Assembly: GCA_016188865.1 (NCBI GenBank)
Contig: JACPGX010000002.1
Location: forward strand, 2,398 to 66,397
DNA: 64,000 nt
Direction: 5' to 3'
Source: Candidatus Nealsonbacteria bacterium
GTDB lineage: Bacteria; Patescibacteriota; Minisyncoccia; Minisyncoccales; MHMH01
The position numbers were made by a program, and so were the translations under genes. The first letter of the stretch is position 1. Every line of letters begins with the position of its first letter. The notes beneath the pieces are model-generated. The model was not told the origin of the DNA. It saw only the letters and a program-made list of their open reading frames with translations, and ran no database searches. Of this stretch, positions 29,219 to 36,452 are shown one piece after another.

Positions 29219-29254
29219 AACTAGAGATAAAAAAAACCTTGTCAGTCACACACA

Positions 29255-29310
29255 TTGACAAGGTTTTTATTTTCTGCTAAGCTATTTTGTCTAGCAACTT
29301 AAAAATTTAA
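29255..29310 (+). promoter_or_regulatory. Sigma70-type promoter plus conserved leader, copy 2
   Basis: TTGACA-17 bp-TAAGCT with extended TG, then TCTAGCAACTTAAAAATTTAA; the -35 lies in the hairpin at about 29232-29268. Confidence 0.65.
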
Positions 29311-29327
29311 CGAACGGGGTAAAAGAA

Positions 29328-29732
29328 ATGACGAAGACTAAAGAGCGGGGAATAACAAAAAATATCTGCATAATTTTGGGTATTACGGCTTGCGTTTATC
29401 TGTGGATGTTGATGGGTTTTTCTGATCATAAAAATCAATGGTGGGGCTGGGAGAAACCATGGAAATCGACAGAGGAGCATGCGATCGTTTATAAAATAGT
29501 GAGCATCCTATCCCCCTCGCCCTACCCTTACATCGGCAATTTCGCTACTGGAAATTATACTACTGGCAATACAATAATTCCTCCAGACCGAAAGGAAACT
29601 CTCGAAGAACCAGAAAAATGGAAAGAAACTTTAACCAATCCTTGGGATCCGGTGAATATTCCGAGGGAGGGCAAAAAGAAGGAGCCCCCAATCAATCCGT
29701 GGGAGAAGAAAATTTTGGAGGCAGAGCAATGA
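29328..29732 (+). CDS. Small membrane protein with C-terminal double-NPW tail (D)
   Basis: One TM; ends NPWDPVNIPREG...INPWEKKILEAEQ. Confidence 0.8.
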   Translation: MTKTKERGITKNICIILGITACVYLWMLMGFSDHKNQWWGWEKPWKSTEEHAIVYKIVSILSPSPYPYIGNFATGNYTTGNTIIPPDRKETLEEPEKWKETLTNPWDPVNIPREGKKKEPPINPWEKKILEAEQ

Positions 29733-31291
29733 AAGATTACCTGATTGTTTTTGAGGAAAAGGGAGTTTTTATTTTTGAGAGAGACACAAAAAAAAGTCCC
29801 ATAGCTAAGGTGGTTTTCCCCGACATCGCCCAAAATGAAGTTTTTCTGCCTGTAGTTTATCCGGTGTTATCGGCTAGCGAAGAAAAAATCGGCGAAATTC
29901 AAACTTGGCTACCCGAAGAGTGTCTATTCCGCAGCCGGATTAATTCCAAAATGTCCGAAACAATTAAAGACCAAAAAGTAATAAAAATAAAAGTAAAAAA
30001 CCTGATAGATGGAACGGAGAAAACGTTTGAAATCTATGGTCGGAACCGGCAAAACTTATCAAAAGAAGAGGCCGATAAATTAAAAGAGTACGGTTTTACC
30101 CGAGGTTTGGATATTATTCGAAACGAAAAAGTTGGCGCGATCGATTTTTACGAAAAAAAGGAAGGGCAAAGAGCGCTCTTAAAGCTTGCTGACAATCTAT
30201 CCTGGGAAGAATTCGCGATTTTAGCGGTGCTTGATAAAATTAATAATCAGCTCAAGGGCAAAAAAATAGCCGAGGAATTGATTAAGGTGACTGCCCCGAC
30301 AAGAGCTAAAACTAAAATTGTTTATAAAACACCGGAAAAAGAGGATGAGGAAAGGAAGGAAGTGGAGAAACACGCCGAGGCGGCGGATAGCTATCGAGAA
30401 TTTGTTGCCTCCCTTCCAGCTACCAGACAAGAAAGAGCAACTGAATATATCGACCAAAACGGCGAGTGGGATATTTTTAATGAATTCATGGATAGGCAAA
30501 AACCAGTTTTGATTAATGGCCCGACGGGCAACGGCAAATCAACGATGATTAAGTGGTATGCTAAAACTCGCGGCCAATCCTATTTTAAATATACCGGTCA
30601 CCGAGATACGGCCCTGAAAGATTTAGTCGGACTCTGGGTGCCGACTAGCGGAAAGCCCATTAAAGCTCCGGGTCCCCTAACTCTAGCTATGGTTCATGGA
30701 GGCATATTCCATTTTGAAGAAATCGGGCCGGTCAGCCAGGAAGTTCTTGAGGGCATTCATACCGTCCTTGATGATAAAGAAATCATTCTTGATTCCCAGT
30801 TCGGTTTTGAAGTGATAAAAGCTCACCCAGAATTCAAGATGGTATCCTCGGGAAATCTAAACAGGGGCTACACAGTGAATGAATTCAATGCCGCTTCCAT
30901 GGAGAGGTGGATTCAAATACGGCTGGGCTACCCGAATAAAGAAAACACTACTGAAATCATCGCTTCGGTAACCGGGATCGACAGACAAATCGCTGGAAAA
31001 TTGACTGAGATTACTTTTGAAATGAGAAATTTTCTCTTTCAAAACTACCAAATGGATTTCGGCTTGCGAGGCCCGGTAGCTGTGGCCGAGGCTTTCATGA
31101 ATAACTCCAATCAGCCCTTGATGAGACTAATCGAAGTTTGCATGATAAATCCGAAAGCGACCTATGACGAATCTGATTTGAGAAAAAGGTTAAGAGAAAT
31201 TGTTGAAAAACATTTCAATCTTGCGGATAGCGAACGAACTCCCGGAAACAGCAAAAAATTTGTTCCTCATAATAAGGCCCTGGACTCTTAA
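29729..31291 (+). CDS. MoxR/CbbQ-NirQ-NorQ-like AAA+ ATPase with extra N-terminal domain
   Basis: Walker A GPTGNGKST, GPLTLAM, Walker B FHFEE, HPEF.MV, sensor N, arginine finger ER; ATGA coupling at 29729 after GGAGG. Confidence 0.88.
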   Translation: MKDYLIVFEEKGVFIFERDTKKSPIAKVVFPDIAQNEVFLPVVYPVLSASEEKIGEIQTWLPEECLFRSRINSKMSETIKDQKVIKIKVKNLIDGTEKTFEIYGRNRQNLSKEEADKLKEYGFTRGLDIIRNEKVGAIDFYEKKEGQRALLKLADNLSWEEFAILAVLDKINNQLKGKKIAEELIKVTAPTRAKTKIVYKTPEKEDEERKEVEKHAEAADSYREFVASLPATRQERATEYIDQNGEWDIFNEFMDRQKPVLINGPTGNGKSTMIKWYAKTRGQSYFKYTGHRDTALKDLVGLWVPTSGKPIKAPGPLTLAMVHGGIFHFEEIGPVSQEVLEGIHTVLDDKEIILDSQFGFEVIKAHPEFKMVSSGNLNRGYTVNEFNAASMERWIQIRLGYPNKENTTEIIASVTGIDRQIAGKLTEITFEMRNFLFQNYQMDFGLRGPVAVAEAFMNNSNQPLMRLIEVCMINPKATYDESDLRKRLREIVEKHFNLADSERTPGNSKKFVPHNKALDS

Positions 31292-31305
31292 GGTCCGGGG
31301 CTTTT
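31274..31305 (+). terminator. Intrinsic terminator
   Basis: GGCCCTGGAC...GTCCGGGGC followed by TTTT. Confidence 0.65.
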
Positions 31306-31380
31306 CAATTGCACAGGGGTTGATTTTTATTCAATCTTTGATAATCTCTTGAGAGGACTTTGACAATAAGGGAGGATGGG

Positions 31381-32421
31381 ATGAGGGCGATAGTTAAAAC
31401 TAAAATGGCGCCGGGAGCGGAATTGTTAGATATTCCCATTCCAATGCCGAAGCCAGATGAGGTTTTGGTTAAAATGAAGGCTGTTTCCATTTGCGGCACG
31501 GATGTCCATATATATGAATGGGATTCAGCCGCACAGATGTATATAAAAAATGTCCCGCAAATAATGGGCCATGAATTTGCCGGAGAAATCGTTGAAGTCG
31601 GCAAAAAGGTAAAAAAATTCAGAGTTGGCGACTATGTTTCTGCCGAAACCCATATTTTTTGCGGTAAATGCCTGCAGTGCAAAAACAATCAAAAAAACAT
31701 TTGCGAAAAAGGAGAAATTTTCGGCTTAACCTGCGACGGCTGTTTTGCCGAATACGCGGCAATTCCGGAAATAATCATTTGGAAAAATAACCCGCAGCTT
31801 CCGCCGGAAATAGCCACCCTGCAAGAACCTTTGGGAAATGCAATTTACTGCTCTCTTGCCAATGATAAAAATCTGAATGGGAAAAAAGTGCTGATTATAG
31901 GCGACGGCCCAATCGGCTTGCTGGCAACTGGCGTCTGCTATGCCGAGGGGGCAGAAACGGTTGTTCTTGTTGGCTTGGAAGAAGAACGGCTGAAAATCGC
32001 AAGGCGGATGGGCGCTTTCACGCTCAACGGCGAAAATCCTAACGCGACAAAAATCCTCTTGGATTTCACCAATAAAAGAAAATTTGACGTTGCTCTAGAA
32101 ATGGCTGGAAATGCAAAGGCTAGCGCCATGGCTCTTAACATGGTAAGAAATGGCGGCAGAATGTCGGCCTTTGGCATTTACGGCGGACCATTCTTTATAG
32201 AAAACTATGGAAATTTTGTCAGGAGCGGCATAGAAATACAGGCAATATCCGGCCGAAGAATCTGGCAAACATGGAAAGAAACAAGAAGATTGCTGGAATC
32301 GGGGCTTCTTGATATTACTCCGATTATCACGCATAAACTGCCCTTGGCGGAATTTCAAAAAGGTTTTGATTTAATGATTAAAAGGCCGAAAGTTTCGGGA
32401 AAAGTAATTTTGCTCCCATAG
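31381..32421 (+). CDS. tdh: L-threonine 3-dehydrogenase
   Basis: ICGTDVHIY, GHEF, CGKC..C Zn motifs, GDGPIG; adjacent to kbl. Confidence 0.9.
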   Translation: MRAIVKTKMAPGAELLDIPIPMPKPDEVLVKMKAVSICGTDVHIYEWDSAAQMYIKNVPQIMGHEFAGEIVEVGKKVKKFRVGDYVSAETHIFCGKCLQCKNNQKNICEKGEIFGLTCDGCFAEYAAIPEIIIWKNNPQLPPEIATLQEPLGNAIYCSLANDKNLNGKKVLIIGDGPIGLLATGVCYAEGAETVVLVGLEEERLKIARRMGAFTLNGENPNATKILLDFTNKRKFDVALEMAGNAKASAMALNMVRNGGRMSAFGIYGGPFFIENYGNFVRSGIEIQAISGRRIWQTWKETRRLLESGLLDITPIITHKLPLAEFQKGFDLMIKRPKVSGKVILLP

Positions 32422-32430
32422 GAGGCGGCA

Positions 32431-33657
32431 ATGTACGAAAAAGGGTTTCAAGATTATCTTCAAAAAGAATTATCCGGCATTCAAGAAAACGGATTGTTCA
32501 AAGAAGAGTGGGCAATTTCTTCTCCGCAAGGAGCAAAGATTATAGTTGATGGCAAAACAATGCTCAACTTCTGCGCCAACAATTATCTCGGGCTGGCAAA
32601 TGACTGGAGATTAAAAATTGAGGCAATATCAGCTATTTTGAAGCGGGGCTACGGCTTAGCTTCAGTGCGTTTTATATGCGGCACGCAGGATATCCATAAA
32701 GAATTAGAAAAAAAGATTTCTGAATTTTTAATAAAAGAAGATACTATTCTTTATTCTTCCTGCGCCGCAGCTAATGAGGGAATCTTTGAAGTTTTGCTGA
32801 ATCATGAAGACGCCGTAATTTCCGATTGGCTAAACCACGCCACGATTATTGACGGCATTAGGCTCTGGCAAAGAATCCACGCCAAGAAACTTCCTGACGG
32901 CAGATATGAACTGCCGACCAGCAGAGTTTACAAACACATGGATATGGATGACCTGGAAAAAGGTCTTCGGGAAACTAAAGATAAACGCTTCAGGGTCATT
33001 GTTACTGACGGCGTATTCAGTATGGACGGCGATATTGCGCCCCTCAAAGAAATCTGCGGCTTGGCTGAAAAATACAATGCCTTAGTGATGGTTGACGATA
33101 GCCATGCCACGGGATTTATTGGAAAAACAGGCCGCGGCACGCCGGAATACTGCGGAGTAATGAATAAAGTTGATATTATTACCAGCACTATGGGCAAAGC
33201 TTTAGGCGGAGCTGCTGGAGGATTTGTCAGCGCTAAAAAAGAAATTGTGGAAATTCTAAGGCAGAGATCGCGACCCTATCTTTTCTCCAATACATTGCCG
33301 GCTGTGATCGTCGCTGTCACCATCAAAGTTCTTGATATGATTAAGGATAACACTGAGTTGAGAGATAAATTGGAAACAAATACTACTTACTTTAGAAAAA
33401 AAATCAGGGAATTGGGTTTTGATGTCAGAACGGGAACCCACCCCATAGTCCCGATTATGCTGTATGACGCCAAAAAGGCAGCGGAAATGGCTATCAGGTT
33501 GAAGCAGGGGGGAATTTATGTCAAAGCTTTCAGCTATCCAGTTGTCCCCGAAGGCCAAGCTAGAATTAGAGTACAAGTCTCAGCTGCCCACACCAGAAAA
33601 GATTTAGATTCAGCTCTGGAAAAATTCGCCAAAGTAAAAAATAAACCGCAATCGTAA
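32431..33657 (+). CDS. kbl: 2-amino-3-ketobutyrate CoA ligase (glycine C-acetyltransferase)
   Basis: NFCANNYLGL, SVRFICGT, DGVFSMDG, DDSHATG, GKALGG, RPYLFSN. Confidence 0.95.
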   Translation: MYEKGFQDYLQKELSGIQENGLFKEEWAISSPQGAKIIVDGKTMLNFCANNYLGLANDWRLKIEAISAILKRGYGLASVRFICGTQDIHKELEKKISEFLIKEDTILYSSCAAANEGIFEVLLNHEDAVISDWLNHATIIDGIRLWQRIHAKKLPDGRYELPTSRVYKHMDMDDLEKGLRETKDKRFRVIVTDGVFSMDGDIAPLKEICGLAEKYNALVMVDDSHATGFIGKTGRGTPEYCGVMNKVDIITSTMGKALGGAAGGFVSAKKEIVEILRQRSRPYLFSNTLPAVIVAVTIKVLDMIKDNTELRDKLETNTTYFRKKIRELGFDVRTGTHPIVPIMLYDAKKAAEMAIRLKQGGIYVKAFSYPVVPEGQARIRVQVSAAHTRKDLDSALEKFAKVKNKPQS

Positions 33658-33686
33658 AGATTGCGGTTTTATGATAAAATAAAAGC

Positions 33687-34136
33687 ATGAAATCGCTTGC
33701 GGAAAATAAAAAAGCGTATTTTAATTATGAAATTCTGGAAAGATTCGAAGCCGGGATGGTTTTGACCGGACAAGAAGTAAAATCAATCAAATCGGGCAGG
33801 ATAAACTTGGCTGGCTCTTATGTGGTTATAAAAAACGAAGAGGCTTTTTTGCTTAATGCCGACATCCCGCCGTATCAGCCGAAAAACGCGCCGCCCGATT
33901 ACGATTCCACTCGCCTGAGAAAACTGCTTTTAAATAAATCGGAAATTAAATACCTTATCGGCAAATCGCAGGAAAAGCGCTTGACTTTAATACCCCTTAA
34001 GGTATATACTAAGAAAGGTAAAATTAAGCTGGAATTCGGATTAGCTAAGGGCAGACAAAAAGCGAGTAAAAAAGAATTATTGAAAAAAAGAGATGTCAGG
34101 AGAGAGATAGAAATCGAATTAAAAACAAGGGGGTGA
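33687..34136 (+). CDS. smpB: SsrA-binding protein
   Basis: NKKAYFNY, EAGMVLTGQEVKS, RKLLL. Confidence 0.95.
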   Translation: MKSLAENKKAYFNYEILERFEAGMVLTGQEVKSIKSGRINLAGSYVVIKNEEAFLLNADIPPYQPKNAPPDYDSTRLRKLLLNKSEIKYLIGKSQEKRLTLIPLKVYTKKGKIKLEFGLAKGRQKASKKELLKKRDVRREIEIELKTRG

Positions 34137-34457
34137 ATTGCTTCGACAGAAATCTGAGCCAAAATCTGCAAACCTGTCCCGCTCAGCGGGATAATAAAAT
34201 AAGCGCCAACTTATTCAAACAACCTGCTTACGCTTTAGCGTAAGCCATCCAAACCGTTGATTCTCGATAGGTGGCAAGGGTGTTATATTATCGAGATTAG
34301 GCAGCCAGATTGTTTCGACTGGCCGCCAAAATTAAGAAACTAGGAATAAGGGAATTTTGTCTGCTTCATATCCCCTATTCTAAATGGCAAAACAGACTAA
34401 ATTTGTAGACGATTTTTGGCGAAATTTCTGGATTGGGGTTCAAACCCCACACCTCCA
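34129..34457 (+). ncRNA. ssrA: tmRNA; predicted tag (A)ANLFKQPAYALA* at 34205-34243
   Basis: 5' GGGGGTG pairs with 3' CACCTCC-A including a G3.U wobble; T-arm GGGGTTCAAACCCC; TTCGAC near the 5' end; follows smpB. Confidence 0.9.
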
Positions 34458-34491
34458 CACTTCGACAAAGCTCAGTGTAAACACAACCAAC

Positions 34492-34995
34492 TTGCAAAAA
34501 CCATTAGTCAACAGACAAATAAGGGCAAAAGAAGTAAGGCTTATTGATGAAACCGGAAAACAGGTGGGTGTTGTTGCTTTGGAGCAGGCTATTCAAATGG
34601 CCCTAGACAGCGGTTTGGATTTAATCCAGGTAACAGAAATGGTGGAGCCGCCGGTATGTAAAATAATGGACTTTGGGAAATATCTGTATCAGCAGAGGAA
34701 AAAAGAAAAGGGAGCGAAAACCGGCGGCAGCGAAATAAAGGGCGTAAGACTGGGTTTTAACATGGCCTCGCATGACTTGGAGGTTAGGGCCCATCAAGCG
34801 GAAAAATTTTTAAAAGAGGGGGATGCAGTGAGAATTGAAATGAGACTAAAGGGCAGAGAAAAAGCTTTGGGGGACTTCGCCAAAGAAAAAATAAATAAAT
34901 TTTTAGAACAACTTCAGAATTTAATGCCTTATAAAATAGAAAGAGAACTCAAGCGCGACCCCAGGGGATTCTCAATGATTATCGCTAAAAAATAA
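34492..34995 (+). CDS. infC: Translation initiation factor IF-3
   Basis: N.QIRA.EVRLI, PPVCKIMDFGKY; probable non-ATG start (TTG 34492) because the upstream ORF part overlaps the tmRNA. Confidence 0.9.
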   Translation: MQKPLVNRQIRAKEVRLIDETGKQVGVVALEQAIQMALDSGLDLIQVTEMVEPPVCKIMDFGKYLYQQRKKEKGAKTGGSEIKGVRLGFNMASHDLEVRAHQAEKFLKEGDAVRIEMRLKGREKALGDFAKEKINKFLEQLQNLMPYKIERELKRDPRGFSMIIAKK

Positions 34996-34998
34996 AAT

Positions 34999-35184
34999 AT
35001 GAAAACACGAAAATCAATAACAAAACGATTCAAAATTACAAAAAACGGAAAAATCTTACGAAGACTTTCCGGCCAGGATCACGCCTTAGCCAAAAAAAGC
35101 GGGGGCAGGAAAAGAGCCGGCCGGAAATGGATTCAGGTTTCTAAATCAGAAATAAAAAGAATTAAAAAACTTTTAAATTTTTAA
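34999..35184 (+). CDS. rpmI: 50S ribosomal protein L35
   Basis: MKTRKS..KRFKIT.NGK; infC-rpmI-rplT order. Confidence 0.95.
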   Translation: MKTRKSITKRFKITKNGKILRRLSGQDHALAKKSGGRKRAGRKWIQVSKSEIKRIKKLLNF

Positions 35185-35196
35185 TTATCAATCATT

Positions 35197-35544
35197 ATGG
35201 TACGCATAAAACGAGGCAAAATAGCTTTAAGAAAAAGAAAAAGGATTTTCCAGCAAGTCAAGGGTTTTCGCTGGGGCAGAAAAAACAGGCTAAGATTGGC
35301 TAAAGACGCCTTGCGCCATGCCATGGCGCATGCTTATATCGGCCGCAAAAATAAAAAAAGGGATATGAGGCAGTTCTGGCAGCTGCAAATTAATGCGGCT
35401 TGCAGAGAAGCCGGCCTCTCTTACAGTAAATTCATTTACGGACTCAAAAAAAACAAAATAGAACTGGACAGAAAAATCCTATCGGAGTTAGTCAGAAACC
35501 ACCCCGATATCTTCAAAAAAATAGTAGAAAAAATCTCGGTTTAA
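35197..35544 (+). CDS. rplT: 50S ribosomal protein L20
   Basis: MVRIKRG, KKRDMR..W...INAA, LDRKILSEL. Confidence 0.95.
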   Translation: MVRIKRGKIALRKRKRIFQQVKGFRWGRKNRLRLAKDALRHAMAHAYIGRKNKKRDMRQFWQLQINAACREAGLSYSKFIYGLKKNKIELDRKILSELVRNHPDIFKKIVEKISV

Positions 35545-35570
35545 AAGCCGAGATTTTTTTATTGAATAAA

Positions 35571-36395
35571 CTAAAAGAAAACTAAAATTACCCAAAAGAT
35601 AAAGACTGCGAAACCGGCAAAGGTGACGGCGGCAGCTAAAAGATCTTTTATTACTTTTACGCGCGGATCAAATTTGGATTGAATCAAATCCGATAAACGT
35701 TCGATGGCTGAATTAAATATTTCCAAAGCATTAAAAATGCCGAATCCTAGAAGCAAGATACCGGTTTCCACAAAGGTTGCGCCCTGCCAAATAGCGACTC
35801 CTATCAAAAGGGCTTGGAGCGCTAAAAACATTTTTAAGTTTTTCTCGTACCTGAAAGCATAAACTAGCCCCTCGAAGGCAAAAATCAAATTAAGAAATCT
35901 TTTTAAATACAGCAAAAAAATATTTTTCTCTTTAAAACCGGCGAGGACCTTGCTGGCGCTGGTTTGAATATACAACCGCCAAAACCAATTTGCCTGCCAC
36001 AACTTCATTTCCTCCAGGGCTTCTTTAAGATGCCACTTCTGCCGCCCCAATCTATAAAGAGCTATCATAGCGCCAGTTCGATCTTTGCCTCTCCAGCAAT
36101 GAATTAGTATGGGACCGCTGTCAAAATCCTCTAAAAGATCCAGATACCATTTAACTTCTTCCACTTCCGGCCAGCGCCGCCAACTCTTCATTGGCAATTG
36201 AACTAACTGAATATTATTCTTTTGGCAAAATTCTTTTTCTCCATCATCAATATGTGTTCTCAAAACAATAACGGTTTTAATACTGTAATGTCTTTGCAAA
36301 TATTCCAGAAATTCGCCATTCGGCTGGGAACTGCGGTAAAGCTTATCTGGAACTACTGTCCCAAAGTTAAATTTCTTCTCTAGCCCGCTATCCAC
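35571..36395 (-). CDS. Fusion of dual-specificity/tyrosine phosphatase and prokaryotic diacylglycerol/undecaprenol kinase (DgkA)
   Basis: LYRSSQP and HCWRGKDRT (CX5R), then A..G...A...EKN, E.FNSAIE...D and KD..AAAV. Confidence 0.8.
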   Translation of the reverse strand: MDSGLEKKFNFGTVVPDKLYRSSQPNGEFLEYLQRHYSIKTVIVLRTHIDDGEKEFCQKNNIQLVQLPMKSWRRWPEVEEVKWYLDLLEDFDSGPILIHCWRGKDRTGAMIALYRLGRQKWHLKEALEEMKLWQANWFWRLYIQTSASKVLAGFKEKNIFLLYLKRFLNLIFAFEGLVYAFRYEKNLKMFLALQALLIGVAIWQGATFVETGILLLGFGIFNALEIFNSAIERLSDLIQSKFDPRVKVIKDLLAAAVTFAGFAVFIFWVILVFF

Positions 36396-36452
36396 ATTTC
36401 ACACTCCTCTATCAAAGAACTTCTGCCAGCATAACAAAAAGCCGTGATTTTG

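Noticed and set aside
29618..29728. Longer N-terminus for the MoxR ATPase
   Set aside because: It overlaps tail gene D in another frame; ATG 29729 has a GGAGG RBS and ATGA coupling.
25735..29732. Diversity-generating retroelement TR/VR pairs explaining the tail repeats
   Set aside because: No reverse transcriptase in the window; differences are largely synonymous and not confined to adenines.
34384..34491. N-terminal extension of IF-3 in the ORF track
   Set aside because: It overlaps the tmRNA 3' domain and does not resemble IF-3.
34457..34500. Prophage or island integrated at ssrA or at tRNA-Arg (49244)
   Set aside because: No integrase and no duplicated 3' end seen; housekeeping-type genes follow directly.
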